From Verrucomicrobiota bacterium (GTDB lineage Bacteria; Verrucomicrobiota; Verrucomicrobiia; Limisphaerales; CANJXF01), in assembly GCA_038214755.1 (NCBI GenBank), contig JBBQRQ010000023.1, forward strand, positions 1 through 57,008: a DNA stretch of 57,008 bases, read 5' to 3'. Under the pieces are notes generated by a model. It made no database searches. It was not told the DNA's origin and saw nothing but the letters and a program-made list of their open reading frames with translations. Numbering within the stretch: the stretch's first letter is position 1; each line of letters starts with the position of its first letter. Position numbers and translations under genes: made by a program. This document shows positions 46,538-57,008 of the stretch, piece by piece.

Positions 46538-48478
46538 ATGTTAATTTTCGACCAACTGAAACGAGACGACCGGACGCTGAGAATTATTTCTTTCGGCCTG
46601 CTGGCCGGTCTCGCCATTTTGCTTTGCGGACTTTGGTGGGTGCAGGTCGTCTCCGCCAAACGTTACGAAGCAAATTTGAAAAACCAATCGTTTCGCTCCG
46701 TGCGCATTCCCGCGTTGCGCGGAAAAATTTTGGATCGCAACAATCAAAGCCTCGCGGAAAATCGTCCGCGCTTCGACGTGAATCTTTATCTCGAAGATTT
46801 GCGCGATCAATTCACCGCCGAATACACCAACACCGTGCGAAAACAATTCTTGCGCGATCATCCCGGCGCAAAAATTACGGCGTCGGTCCGCACCAATTTA
46901 ATTGCGCGGGCGCGCTATCGAGTCGCCGCAAAAATCACGGCGCAAATTTCCACCGCGCTGGAGCAACCCGTCATCTTGGATGAAGCGCGTTTCATCGGAC
47001 ATTATGCTCGCCAGCCCTACATCCCGTTCCCGATTTTGCAAAATCTGAACCCGCGTCAAGTCGCCACTTTTGCCGAACAACTGACCGGCTTGACCGGAGT
47101 GGAAATGGAAATCCAACCGACGCGCACCTATCCCAACGGAACTTCGGCCGCGCATCTCCTCGGCTACATCCAGCGTCGTGATAAACCCGACGAGGACGAA
47201 GAGATCGCGTGCAAATATTATCTGCCCGATTTTGTCGGTCGCACTGGCGTGGAAGCGAGCTTCGACAACTCGCTGCGCGGAAAAGCGGGCATCAAATCTT
47301 TGCTCGTCAATAATATGGGCTATCGCCAGCGCGAAGAAATGTTGACCGAACCCGAGCCGGGAAAAAATCTCGCGCTCACGATTGATTTGGGAATTCAGCG
47401 CGCGGCGGAAAAAGCTTTGGCGGGGGCGATGCCGAATGTTCGCGGCGCAGCCGTGGTGATGGACGTTCGCAACGGCGATATTCTGGCCTTGGTTTCCGCG
47501 CCTGCGTTCGATCCCAATATTTTTCCCAATGGAGTTTCGACGGCGGAGTGGTCTCGTTGGAACGACGAAAACTACAGTTACATGTTCAATCGCGCGACCT
47601 ACGGCGCGTATCCGCCCGGATCGATTCTGAAAATTCTGACCGGACTCGCCTGTCTGGAAAACAACGTGATGAGCGTTTCGGAAACCATCAACAATCCGGG
47701 ATATTTCTATGAGCCGAAACTTTTGGGCAGCCGAAAAATTGATGATTTGGCGCCGCCCGGCGAATACAATTTTCAGCGCGCCTTTATCAAATCAAGCAAC
47801 ACCTATTTTATTCATTTTGGACTGAAGGCTGGCTTGCGAAAGCTGGTCGAAGTCGGCGAACGATTTCATCTGGGCGAAACCACTGGCATCTTACCGCGCG
47901 AAGAAGTTGCGGGAGAATATCCGCACTCTGACCAATTGAAATCATGGACCCTGGGCAACGCCGCCAATCTTTGCATCGGCCAGGAAGTCACCGTCACTCC
48001 CTTGCAAATGGTGGTGATGACTTCAGCCATCGCCAATGGCGGAAAACTTTTTTGGCCGCGGCTCGTTAAAAAAATTCAGGCATCCGACGCGGAAAAAGAG
48101 AATGAATCCAGTTTGCCCGGAAGTCTCCGCGCTGATTTGCATCTGAATCCCCGGCACGTGGAAATTATTCAGCGCGCCATGCTCGCCGATGTCGAGGATG
48201 CGGAAGGCACTGGGAAAGCAGCGGCCCTAAAAGGTCTTCGCGTCACGGGCAAAACCGGCACCGCGCAAATCACAAAAGGAAATCAGGTCACGGATCACGT
48301 CACTTGGTTTGTTTCCTTCGCGCCCTTCGATAAACCAAAATACGCCGTCGTGGTCATGGTGCAGTCGGGCGCGTCGGGCGGCGGAACTTGCGCGCCAGTC
48401 GCGCACAAAATTTACGAAGCGATTTTAAAATCGGAGCAATCGACGCCATCCGCGACGACTATTGCTCAAAGAAATTAA
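46538..48478 (+). CDS. mrdA: Penicillin-binding protein 2
   Basis: PALRGKILDR, SILK (SxxK), SSN (SxN), KTG. Confidence 0.95.
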   Translation: MLIFDQLKRDDRTLRIISFGLLAGLAILLCGLWWVQVVSAKRYEANLKNQSFRSVRIPALRGKILDRNNQSLAENRPRFDVNLYLEDLRDQFTAEYTNTVRKQFLRDHPGAKITASVRTNLIARARYRVAAKITAQISTALEQPVILDEARFIGHYARQPYIPFPILQNLNPRQVATFAEQLTGLTGVEMEIQPTRTYPNGTSAAHLLGYIQRRDKPDEDEEIACKYYLPDFVGRTGVEASFDNSLRGKAGIKSLLVNNMGYRQREEMLTEPEPGKNLALTIDLGIQRAAEKALAGAMPNVRGAAVVMDVRNGDILALVSAPAFDPNIFPNGVSTAEWSRWNDENYSYMFNRATYGAYPPGSILKILTGLACLENNVMSVSETINNPGYFYEPKLLGSRKIDDLAPPGEYNFQRAFIKSSNTYFIHFGLKAGLRKLVEVGERFHLGETTGILPREEVAGEYPHSDQLKSWTLGNAANLCIGQEVTVTPLQMVVMTSAIANGGKLFWPRLVKKIQASDAEKENESSLPGSLRADLHLNPRHVEIIQRAMLADVEDAEGTGKAAALKGLRVTGKTGTAQITKGNQVTDHVTWFVSFAPFDKPKYAVVVMVQSGASGGGTCAPVAHKIYEAILKSEQSTPSATTIAQRN

Positions 48479-49681
48479 ATGTACGAAACGCATCTCAACG
48501 AACGAAAATCGTTCCTCGATTGGCCGCTGGTTCTGGCGGTGTTGGGACTGATGGCGGTCGGGGCCGTCTTCATTTATAGCGCGTCGTTTGCCAATGAATC
48601 GGCGCGAACGTTGAGTTGGTTCAAGCAACTTTATGTGAAGCAAATGATCTGGTACACGCTCGGCATCGGCCTGGTGGTTTTGGTTTGCGCCTTTGATTAT
48701 CGCACATTGGCGCGTTGGTCTCTCGTTTCGTATTGGATCACCATTTTGCTTTTGCTCGCGGTGATGGTGGTGGGGACGGAACGGCTCGGAGCTAGACGAT
48801 GGATCATGCTCGGCCCTTTTCAATTGCAACCCTCGGAGTTCGCCAAGATCGCGTTCATTCTGATGCTGGCAAATTTTTTGAGTCGCCCCGTCGAAGAACT
48901 GCGTTCGCCAAAAATATTTTTCACCGCGCTCGGCATGATCGCGTTGCCCTTTCTGCTCATTTTGAAAGAGCCGGATCTCGGTTCGGCGCTGGTGTTTTTT
49001 CCCGTGGGTTTGCTGATGATGTTTGTCGCAGGCGTGCCCGTTCCGTACCTGACGAAATTTGTCGGCGGCGTTGGCTTGCTCGTCATTTTACTTTTGGTGG
49101 ACGTTTTGTTCGCTCCGCCCAATTGGCAAATCAAATTGGAAGCGTATCAAAAACATCGGTTGCTCACTTATTTCGGAAAAGATTTCGCTCCACGGAACGC
49201 CACGCCGGCGGAGCGCAAACAAGCGCAAATCCTGCAACGCAACAAATCCTACAACGTGGAGCAGGCGCTTATTTCAGTCGGTTCAGGAGGGCTGACTGGC
49301 AAAGGCTGGCGGCAAGGCACACAATATTCGCTCGGATTCCTGCCGCGGGCCGTGGCCCACAACGACTTCATTTTCTCTGTCATTGCCGAGGAGGAAGGTT
49401 TCGTTGGCAGCGTCACCGTCTTGACGCTTTACACCATCATCCTGTTTAGCGGGATAAAAATTGCCAGCCAGGCGCGCGATCGCCTCGGAAGAATTCTGGC
49501 CGTTGGTGTGGTGGCGCTTTTATTCAGCCACGTCTTCATCAACATCGGCATGAACATTCGGCTCATGCCAGTGACGGGTATCCCACTGCCGCTGCTTAGT
49601 TACGGCGGATCCTCAGTGCTTTGCTCGCTGATCGCCATTGGCATTTTGCAAAACGTCCACATGTATCGAAGGGCTTATTAA
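48479..49681 (+). CDS. rodA: Rod shape-determining protein RodA (SEDS)
   Basis: GARRWI, QPSEFAK, EPDLG, HNDFIF, PLLSYGGSS. Confidence 0.95.
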   Translation: MYETHLNERKSFLDWPLVLAVLGLMAVGAVFIYSASFANESARTLSWFKQLYVKQMIWYTLGIGLVVLVCAFDYRTLARWSLVSYWITILLLLAVMVVGTERLGARRWIMLGPFQLQPSEFAKIAFILMLANFLSRPVEELRSPKIFFTALGMIALPFLLILKEPDLGSALVFFPVGLLMMFVAGVPVPYLTKFVGGVGLLVILLLVDVLFAPPNWQIKLEAYQKHRLLTYFGKDFAPRNATPAERKQAQILQRNKSYNVEQALISVGSGGLTGKGWRQGTQYSLGFLPRAVAHNDFIFSVIAEEEGFVGSVTVLTLYTIILFSGIKIASQARDRLGRILAVGVVALLFSHVFINIGMNIRLMPVTGIPLPLLSYGGSSVLCSLIAIGILQNVHMYRRAY

Positions 49682-49683
49682 TT

Positions 49684-51651
49684 ATGAGTGAAAGAAATTT
49701 TTCGCGCCGCCGCCGGGGCGGAATGCGCTTCCGTCCTCCGGGCGGGTTGAATCCAAACCAGCGACCCGACCGCGCCGCCAACGAAGCGCGCGCCGATGTC
49801 CTCGGTGAAAAATCCGGCGGCAACGAGCCGATTTACGACAAAGCGCGGCACGAACAGGAAATTGAGCGCGCCGAAAATGTTGCGGCCGGATTGCCACCGC
49901 AAGGAATTCCTACCGTCGAAGAAAAGCCCGAATCCTCCAAAAAAGATTTTCGCGAACCGGATTTGAAAGTTCCCGCGCACGTGGAAGAACCGCCTTATGA
50001 ACAAGTCAAAATAGCCGAACCCGTTCCCCAAGGGATTGTCGATAGCATTCGTGTCGCGGCCAACAGGGTCATAAAAAAAGTGCAGCTTTTAATTCGTCCG
50101 GTGAAACGGACGAACAAGGAAGTCATCATCAACGCGGAGTCACTCGAAACCCGCGTCGCCGTTCTCGAAGAAGGCAAGCTCGAGGAATTTACCATCGAGC
50201 GCACGACGGAAGAACGGTTGGTCGGCAGCGTGTTCAAAGGAAAAGTTCGCAACCTCGAAGACGGATTGAAAGCGGCGTTCGTGGATATTGGCTTCGAGAA
50301 AAACGCCTTTCTGCATTATTGGGACATCGTTCCGAACAGCTTCGACAGCGGCGTGGAATTGGTCGAGCGCCCGACGAAAAAACGCGAGCGCCCGCGCATT
50401 ACGCAAAAAGATATTCCGCGTCTTTATCCGCCGGGCAGCGAAATTATTATTCAAGTGACCAAAGGGCCGATTGGAACGAAAGGCCCGCGCGTCACGACCA
50501 ATTTGGTTTTGCCCGGAAGATATTTGGTCCTCTTGCCGAACTCCGATCAATGCGGTATCTCGCGAAAAATTGAGAACCAGGAAGAGCGTCAACGTCTGAA
50601 AAAAATCCTGCGCGAACTGACGATCCCCGAAGGCATGGGCGTCATCATGCGCACCGTCGGCGAAGGACAACGCGCCGCCTACTTCGTGCGCGACCTCGCG
50701 TTGCTCCTCGAAGAATGGAAAGGCATTCAGGAAAAAATCAAAGCGCAACCGTCGGCCACGTGTGTTTTTCAAGAGCCGGATTTGATCGAGCGAACGGTGC
50801 GCGATTTTCTCACCGAAGACATCGAACGCATCGTGGTGGACAGCGCAAAACATTGCGACCGGATGCGCGAAATGATTTCGAAAATTTCCAAACGTTCCGC
50901 GGAGAAGGTCAAACTTTACACCGAGCACCAGCCGATTTTTGATCGCTTCAACATTACCAAACAATTGGAAAATACTTTCTCGCGCCAGGTGCATTTGAAG
51001 AGCGGCGGCTATCTGGTGATCGACGAAACCGAAGCACTCGTCGCCATCGACGTGAACACCGGGCGGCACAAAAGCAATCGCGATCAGGAGTCCACGATTT
51101 TCAAAGTGAATATGGAATCGGCGGATGAAATCGCGCGGCAACTTCGGCTGCGGAACATGGGCGGATTGATCGTGCTGGATTTTATCGACATGAAATCGCG
51201 CCGTGATCAGCAGGCGGTTTATCAACGCATCCGCGAGGGTTTGCGTCGCGACAAAGCGAAGACTCACGTCCTGCCGATTTCGCAACTCGGTTTGATGGAG
51301 ATGACGCGCCAACGCCATTCTGAAAGTGTGCGCTCTGCGGTCTATGACGATTGTCCTTATTGCAAAGGCCGCGGCAAAGTGAAGAGCGCGGTGACGATGA
51401 GCGTGGAAATCCAACGCAAGCTCAGCGAAATTTTAAAGAAACGTCAGCGGGACGAATCGGATTTTCAACTTCGTGTCGTGGTGCATCCGAGCGTGCTGGA
51501 ACGATTGCGCAAGGAGGACGAAAAAATTATTACCGAAATGGAGAAACGCTATTTTGGAAAATTGCTCTTTCGTCCCGATCCCGCCTTTCACGCGGAAGAA
51601 TTCAAAATCATCAACGTCGCCACGAATGAAGAGTTAGCCAGCGGCGCGTAA
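49684..51651 (+). CDS. Ribonuclease E/G family
   Basis: AAFVDIG, KGPRVTT, IDVNTG, RLRNMGGLIVLDFIDM, CPYCKGRG. ATG at 49684. Confidence 0.95.
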   Translation: MSERNFSRRRRGGMRFRPPGGLNPNQRPDRAANEARADVLGEKSGGNEPIYDKARHEQEIERAENVAAGLPPQGIPTVEEKPESSKKDFREPDLKVPAHVEEPPYEQVKIAEPVPQGIVDSIRVAANRVIKKVQLLIRPVKRTNKEVIINAESLETRVAVLEEGKLEEFTIERTTEERLVGSVFKGKVRNLEDGLKAAFVDIGFEKNAFLHYWDIVPNSFDSGVELVERPTKKRERPRITQKDIPRLYPPGSEIIIQVTKGPIGTKGPRVTTNLVLPGRYLVLLPNSDQCGISRKIENQEERQRLKKILRELTIPEGMGVIMRTVGEGQRAAYFVRDLALLLEEWKGIQEKIKAQPSATCVFQEPDLIERTVRDFLTEDIERIVVDSAKHCDRMREMISKISKRSAEKVKLYTEHQPIFDRFNITKQLENTFSRQVHLKSGGYLVIDETEALVAIDVNTGRHKSNRDQESTIFKVNMESADEIARQLRLRNMGGLIVLDFIDMKSRRDQQAVYQRIREGLRRDKAKTHVLPISQLGLMEMTRQRHSESVRSAVYDDCPYCKGRGKVKSAVTMSVEIQRKLSEILKKRQRDESDFQLRVVVHPSVLERLRKEDEKIITEMEKRYFGKLLFRPDPAFHAEEFKIINVATNEELASGA

Positions 51652-51657
51652 AATAAA

Positions 51658-52002
51658 GGAGCGCGGACGTTCTCCGTCCGCGAGTCCTCAATTGGAACGC
51701 CGATTTCCCAATCGGCAGGTCTCGAACGCTGGTCAGTCGCGAGCCGAACGGGAGTTCGGCGTTCCAATCGCAAAACGTCCTTCGGAGATTTATCCTGCCA
51801 ATCAGTGAAGGGTGGCACAGGCGACCCGCCTGTGACGTCCGGACACTGGCCGGACGGAATAAGAGGACGTTGGCATTAGAAACAGACGCACGGAAAAGTT
51901 CGAGCGCTTTCGCCGTTCCCAGCGGCGGGTCGCCCCTCGGAACAGGGGCCTGTGCTACCCCTAAAGTTTTCCAAACGCGCGGACGGAGAACGTCCGCGCT
52001 CC
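51658..52002. repeat. Nested REP-like cluster between convergent genes
   Basis: Perfect 25-bp outer IR (51658-51682 / 51978-52002) enclosing two further IR pairs (51692-51767 and 51810-51960). Confidence 0.85.
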
Positions 52003-52006
52003 CTTT

Positions 52007-52462
52007 TCAAATCTCCCGAATCAAGATGATCCAGGCGCAATCATTTTTGTCATCGCCCGCGATGGCGAGGGAATCTTCCTTCGTGATTTTCTCCGTGATT
52101 TTTCTGACATGTTTGCCTTTGCCGAACACGTTGATTTCGTAGCGCGACCCTTCAATTTGTTTGATGGCAACTTCGCATTGTCCGAGCCGGATTTTTTGTG
52201 CGCCGTGCGAGGTCAGAGAGATTTCCTCTCGATTCACGGTAAAATATTTTTTCCATTTAAACATACCCAGCTTTTTACTCAGAGCCGGATCGAGAACTTT
52301 GTGGTTTTTATCAGGAGACGATTCGCCATTCGTGCCCCAGATTAATTGCACTTCCAACTTGGTATCGGCGGCGGCCACGTTCGCGAGGCCGACGGAAGAA
52401 ATTAGAACAAAAAGGGCAGGCCATGTTGCGAGGCGAATCGGTGAAATGAAAAATTTGTTCAT
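52007..52462 (-). CDS. Secreted hypothetical protein in the ECF sigma operon
   Basis: Signal peptide; follows the anti-sigma gene. Confidence 0.75.
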   Translation of the reverse strand: MNKFFISPIRLATWPALFVLISSVGLANVAAADTKLEVQLIWGTNGESSPDKNHKVLDPALSKKLGMFKWKKYFTVNREEISLTSHGAQKIRLGQCEVAIKQIEGSRYEINVFGKGKHVRKITEKITKEDSLAIAGDDKNDCAWIILIREI

Positions 52463-52500
52463 CGTCTAAAATTAATTTCGTTTGATTCCATCACTGCGCC

Positions 52501-52965
52501 TTACTCGCGGTCAACCAGATAAACCACCGTCATCCCGTCCGCATTGGAGTGATAAGTAATCGCGCCCATTTCTTCACCCGTGCTCTCCATTTCCCCCGGT
52601 AAAGAAGGCGAGGTTCCGGCATTGAACGCCAGGAATGAAATCATCAACAACGCGCATCCCGCCGCTAAACCTGCGGCGATCCGAGCGTAGGCCGGCTTCC
52701 ACCAACGCCCATCGAAACTCCGCGCCAACTCCTTGGGTTGCCGCTCTATTTCGCGCCGTATTTTGCTCCAGTAAAAATCCCGCGATTCGGGCAACTTCAT
52801 TTCCATTTCGTTTCCGCGCAAAGCAGTTTTGGTGAATTGCAACTCAGCGAACAGGCTTTGAGCTTCGTTATCTTTGCGCAACAGATCAACGGTGTCGCGC
52901 GTCTCTCGATTAGAAACTTCTCCGTCCAGATACGCCTGCAATTTTAATTTTGTTTCTTCCTTCAT
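52501..52965 (-). CDS. Putative transmembrane anti-sigma factor
   Basis: LQAYLDGE N-terminus, single TM, ATGA-type overlap with the sigma gene. ATG at 52965. Confidence 0.8.
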   Translation of the reverse strand: MKEETKLKLQAYLDGEVSNRETRDTVDLLRKDNEAQSLFAELQFTKTALRGNEMEMKLPESRDFYWSKIRREIERQPKELARSFDGRWWKPAYARIAAGLAAGCALLMISFLAFNAGTSPSLPGEMESTGEEMGAITYHSNADGMTVVYLVDRE

Positions 52966-53564
52966 TTTAATTCGTCTCGTTTGTAACCGGCCAGCAACGC
53001 CGCCATTTTCCGTCGCGCATAAAAAAGTCGCGACATCACCGTTCCAATCGAACACTCCATCCGTTTCGCGATTTCTTTGTATTCCAAATCTTCAAACTCG
53101 TGCAGCACCAGCACCGTGCGATGTTCCACCGAAAGTTTGCCCAACGCTTCATCAATCCGCTGTCGCAATTCCGTTCGCTCCAAACCTTCGGTCGGATTGA
53201 CCGTCACCACCGGCATCTGTCTTTCCACTCCGCCCGATTCTTCGTTTAAAACCTCAATCGACTCCGCGCGATGCCGTTTGTTCTTCCGCAACTGGTCGAG
53301 GCACAAATTAATTGTGATCCGCGTGATCCATGTCGCGAAGCTGGAGTCGCCTTGAAACTGGGCCAGCCTTTGCCACGCCTTCACCCACGCTTCCTGGGAA
53401 AGATCAATCGCTTCATCCTCATTGCGCATCATGCTGAAGGCGCGCCCATAAATTTTGTCCCGATGCCGCGCCACCAACTCTTCAAACGCCAGCATGTCGC
53501 CTGTTTTCGCCGACTTGACCAGGAGTTCATCAGCTTGCGTCGGGTAATCCTGTTGGCTCGGCAT
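52962..53564 (-). CDS. ECF RNA polymerase sigma factor (RpoE-like)
   Basis: DLSQEAW, FATWITRI, YKEIA...GTVMSRL. Confidence 0.93.
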   Translation of the reverse strand: MPSQQDYPTQADELLVKSAKTGDMLAFEELVARHRDKIYGRAFSMMRNEDEAIDLSQEAWVKAWQRLAQFQGDSSFATWITRITINLCLDQLRKNKRHRAESIEVLNEESGGVERQMPVVTVNPTEGLERTELRQRIDEALGKLSVEHRTVLVLHEFEDLEYKEIAKRMECSIGTVMSRLFYARRKMAALLAGYKRDELK

Positions 53565-53597
53565 GATTTTTGACGGAGAAATTTGGAGAGTTATTCA

Positions 53598-53727
53598 AAC
53601 CACGAATGCACACGAATAAACACGAACCTGAAAAAGCATCAGGCCAAGACCTTCTCTCTTAAAACAATTCATGTCGATCAAACGCAACGGATTCTTGTCG
53701 GAAATAAATTCGGGTTCATTTGTGGTT
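53598..53727. repeat. 10-mer tandem array with degenerate inverted partner
   Basis: aaccacgaatgcacacgaataaacacgaa ... attcgggttcatttgtggtt. Confidence 0.6.
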
Positions 53728-53747
53728 TTGATGCTCACTCAGGCCGC

Positions 53748-54410
53748 TTATAATTTTCCTTTGGTGCTCGGCAATTGACCGGCCATGCGCGGGTCGCGCT
53801 GGCCGGCAAAGTCCACCGCGCGCGCAAAAGCCTTGAACAACGCCTCGACGACATGATGCGGTTCCTCGCCGTAGAGCAATTCCAGATGCAGGTTGCAACG
53901 CGCTTCGTTGGCCAATCCCTGAAAAAATTCTTTCGCCAAACCAAAACGGAAAGCCGAGGACATATCCTGTTTTCTTTCCGCGCTGCTGATTTTTTTGAAC
54001 GACATGTTGTCCAGTCCCCGCCAAACGAGATAGGGTCGTCCGCTGAAATCCACCACGCAACGCGCCAAACATTCATCCATCGGCACGAACGCTTCCCCGG
54101 TGAGCGGATTGCGCGGATCAAAACCAGTTCCGTAACGGCGAATTCCCTTCTTGTCGCCGAGCGCTGCGAGAAACGCCTGACCGAGCGCGATGCCGCAATC
54201 CTCGACCGTGTGATGCGCATCGACTTCCAAATCACCGTTGCAAGTCAGAACCAAATCCATCGTGGAATGTTTCGCAAAAAGCGTGAGCATGTGATCGAAG
54301 AACGGAACACCCGTTTTGATCAAGGATTTCCCTGTTCCATCAATATTCAGTTCGAGGGAAATCTGCGTTTCTTTGGTGGCGCGCTTGATTTGCGCGGCGC
54401 GTTTTTTCAT
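53748..54410 (-). CDS. hisB: Imidazoleglycerol-phosphate dehydratase
   Basis: RATKET, FFDHML, DAHHTVED, PMDE, HHVVEALFKA, PSTKG. Confidence 0.97.
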   Translation of the reverse strand: MKKRAAQIKRATKETQISLELNIDGTGKSLIKTGVPFFDHMLTLFAKHSTMDLVLTCNGDLEVDAHHTVEDCGIALGQAFLAALGDKKGIRRYGTGFDPRNPLTGEAFVPMDECLARCVVDFSGRPYLVWRGLDNMSFKKISSAERKQDMSSAFRFGLAKEFFQGLANEARCNLHLELLYGEEPHHVVEALFKAFARAVDFAGQRDPRMAGQLPSTKGKL

Positions 54411-54463
54411 CGCGCGGAATTAAACAGTTCCGAAAAAGAAAACAAAGAGGAATTGTCCCGTCT

Positions 54464-55198
54464 TTATTCTAGCTTTTCGATTGAACTCGTTGAACGAACG
54501 ACAACGGCTGAACCCTCTGCCAAAAAAGCGGAAACAGGTTTTGCGCGAAGTGTATTTTCAAAATCGGCTCCATACAATTTTCGCACGTCGCAATCGAGAA
54601 CAGGATTGCGAATGGGGAAAATATTCCAACGAGGATGTTCAACGGCATATTCGGTCGGCACGCGCTTCCGTTGAGCGGTGTAGCCCCAATAATGTTCCGT
54701 AATGAATTCCTCCTCGGAGTTTTCTTCCAGCGGATAAGCTGCGCCACAAATCTCTGCCGATAAAAAATTCCAGCGTTTTTGAAAAAACCACTCGTACCGG
54801 ATCGTTCCCGAACAGGGTTGATTATCTTTCATGGGAACCGTGTGTCGCATCGGCATCGCGAGATAAGGCTCGCTGTAAAAAAGTTTCGCCATCGTCGCGA
54901 TGGCCCGGCGGGGAACCATTTCACGAATAAAAACGACACCGCGACGCCAGCCCTCGGCCGTTTTCTTTCGGACGTAGAAACGCAAGTTCACTTCCTCGAA
55001 ATCTGTGTGCAGTGGAAATCTGATTCCGAAAATCCGCGTATTAAAAAAGCAAAACCCGACGATGCTCACATAAGTTTGTCCGTTCCAAAAATCCAGTTCG
55101 AGACCTCCCGGTAAATAATTGCGAAGAAGTTCTGGTTCCGCCGCGTAGTTTAACATCAAAAGATTTTTCCACTCCGCTGTGAGAAAAATACGCATCAC
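54464..55198 (-). CDS. DUF2071 (YqjF-like) protein
   Basis: FLTAEWKNLLMLNY, FEEVNLRFYV, FITEHYWGY, VEHPRW. Confidence 0.8.
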   Translation of the reverse strand: MMRIFLTAEWKNLLMLNYAAEPELLRNYLPGGLELDFWNGQTYVSIVGFCFFNTRIFGIRFPLHTDFEEVNLRFYVRKKTAEGWRRGVVFIREMVPRRAIATMAKLFYSEPYLAMPMRHTVPMKDNQPCSGTIRYEWFFQKRWNFLSAEICGAAYPLEENSEEEFITEHYWGYTAQRKRVPTEYAVEHPRWNIFPIRNPVLDCDVRKLYGADFENTLRAKPVSAFLAEGSAVVVRSTSSIEKLE

Positions 55199-55575
55199 GC
55201 ACCATCCTTTTGCAACCCACAGGCTTTGGAAAAACGAAGCCGATTTCTCGCGAATGTCCTATAGCCCCAATTGAAGATTCTTCGCATCACTGGAGCGATT
55301 GAAAAAAGATAAATGGGAAAGGCCCAACCGATTCGGCGCAAAACATAACGATAAACATTCGCTCCCTGAATTTGGGTTCCGTCTGGAAGCAGAAGGCGCA
55401 AATCTTCCGTTAATTCAGATCGAGATAATTTCAGTTCTCCGCGAACCCACTCGCTTTGTAGCGGCGCAATTTCAAAACCACGCGCGTTGAGTATCCTTTT
55501 CCAGAACGGAACCCAATTCCTACAAAAACCGCAGGAACCATCATAAAAAATCCATCCTGAAAATTTCCTGTTCAC
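55195..55575 (-). CDS. DCC1-like thiol-disulfide oxidoreductase (DUF393)
   Basis: FYDGSCGFC and YRTFARNR. Confidence 0.82.
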   Translation of the reverse strand: MNRKFSGWIFYDGSCGFCRNWVPFWKRILNARGFEIAPLQSEWVRGELKLSRSELTEDLRLLLPDGTQIQGANVYRYVLRRIGWAFPIYLFSIAPVMRRIFNWGYRTFARNRLRFSKACGLQKDGA

Positions 55576-55584
55576 ACGACAAAT

Positions 55585-56802
55585 CTACCCCAAAAACGCC
55601 TCGTGCAACGCCTTCATCGCCTGCTCCCCTTTTTCCAAATCGATGATGACGGAGATTTTTATTTCGCTGGTGGAAATCATTCCGATGTTCACGCCTTCTT
55701 GGGAAAGTGTTTCAAACATTTTCGCGGCAACGCCAGGATGACTGCGCATTCCGACGCCGACGATGGAGAGCTTTCCAATTTTTTCATCGGCCAAAACTTC
55801 TTTGTAGCCGATTTCGCCTTTCAAATCTTCGATCGCTTTTTTCGCCTTGAGCAAATCGGGTTTGTCCACGGTAAAGGACAAATCGGTCGCGGGCATTCCG
55901 GCGTTGTGGCTGATGTTTTGCACGATCATGTCCACGTTGAGATTCGCGTCGGCGATGGCTTTGAAGACGCGCGCGGCAACGCCCGGTTTGTCGGGCACGG
56001 CGACGAGCGTGACCTTGGCCTGATTTTTGTCGAGCGAGACGCCGCGAATCACGACGCCTTCCATGCTGGGTGTTTCTTCTTTCACAATGGTTCCTGGATT
56101 GTCGTTCAAACTGGAGCGGACTTCAAAGACGACGCCGAATTTCTTTGCGAATTCGACCGAGCGTGACTGCATCACTTTTGCGCCGAGGCCGGCGAGTTCG
56201 AGCATTTCATCGTAGGAAATTTCGGAAAGTTTTTTCGCGCTTTTCACAATGCGCGGGTCAGCGGTGTAAACGCCGTCAACGTCCGTGTAAATCTGGCAAA
56301 GATCAGCGTTCAACGCCGCCGCCAGCGCAATGGCCGTGAGATCGGAACCGCCGCGACCAAGCGTGGTGATTTGTCCTTCCATCGTTTGCCCTTGGAATCC
56401 CGCGACGATGACGACGTTTCCTTCGTCGAGCAATTGATGAACGTGTTTCGGCGAAATGTTTTTAATTCTCGCCTTCGTGTGAACGCCGTCAGTGACGATC
56501 CCCGCCTGCGCGCCGGTCAATGAAGTTGCGGCGAGACCGAGCGCATGCAGCGCAATGGCCGTGAGCGCAATCGTCGTTTGTTCGCCTGTCGCGAGCAGCA
56601 TGTCCATCTCGCGGTCATTCGGCAGCGGCATGATTTCCTTCGCCATCTTGATAAGATTATCCGTGACGCCGCTCATCGCTGAAACGACCACGACCACTTG
56701 ATCTCCCTTGTCGCGATATTTTTTAACACGATCCGCGACATTTTTTATCCGGTCGGGATTCGCCACGGAAGTGCCGCCGAATTTTTGAACGATCAAAGCC
56801 AT
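55585..56802 (-). CDS. lysC: Aspartate kinase
   Basis: [27 protein letters not shown], two ACT domains. Confidence 0.97.
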   Translation of the reverse strand: MALIVQKFGGTSVANPDRIKNVADRVKKYRDKGDQVVVVVSAMSGVTDNLIKMAKEIMPLPNDREMDMLLATGEQTTIALTAIALHALGLAATSLTGAQAGIVTDGVHTKARIKNISPKHVHQLLDEGNVVIVAGFQGQTMEGQITTLGRGGSDLTAIALAAALNADLCQIYTDVDGVYTADPRIVKSAKKLSEISYDEMLELAGLGAKVMQSRSVEFAKKFGVVFEVRSSLNDNPGTIVKEETPSMEGVVIRGVSLDKNQAKVTLVAVPDKPGVAARVFKAIADANLNVDMIVQNISHNAGMPATDLSFTVDKPDLLKAKKAIEDLKGEIGYKEVLADEKIGKLSIVGVGMRSHPGVAAKMFETLSQEGVNIGMISTSEIKISVIIDLEKGEQAMKALHEAFLG

Positions 56803-57008
56803 GATTGAAAAATTAACTGCTGCGGGATGCTTGCTTGCAGATTATTTAGAAACTCATGTCGCGAGTTCCGGGCCGCCTTGGTACATCGTGACCCCGTGTT
56901 TGAGAAAGAAGAGACTCCAAAGCGATGGGATGGAGCAAGAATATTTTGGGAGAGAGGTGAGGAGCTTTGAGCGCCAGTAAATCGGCTGGGCTTTTGTAGT
57001 CCCGGGAA

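Noticed and set aside
446..56166. Long antisense ORFs (446-1495, 4556-5620, 39015-40127, 50140-51414, 53775-54674 and others)
   Set aside because: They are antisense shadows of well-supported genes and have no recognisable motifs.
56803..57008. Lysine riboswitch upstream of lysC
   Set aside because: No recognisable conserved core, and the window ends here. An Rfam scan would be needed.

Overview
This is a chromosomal window, most likely from a Verrucomicrobiota bacterium of Pedosphaera/subdivision-3 type. That assignment is inferred from protein styles (prepilin-type H-X9-D proteins, long ECF sigma fusions, FFRL-type surface domains, an LMW-phosphatase-RpiB-GlyA fusion). The backbone is housekeeping: system II cytochrome c biogenesis, rho, glyA, purD, recF, mutL, metF, a PHP histidinol phosphatase, mreBCD-mrdA-rodA-rne/rng, hisB and lysC. 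Between these genes sit many small accessory inserts: about seven toxin-antitoxin loci (several decayed), a 260-bp MITE, a Y1 transposase remnant, nested palindromic repeats and two large secreted proteins. The most striking pattern is that inserts downstream of glyA, recF, mreD, purD, and more weakly rho and the gene before resB, are followed by an orphan second copy of that gene's last codons. In the longer copies the differences are mostly synonymous. This suggests integrase-free islets that arrive carrying a replacement gene tail. I recognised no rRNA, tRNA, CRISPR array or integrase.
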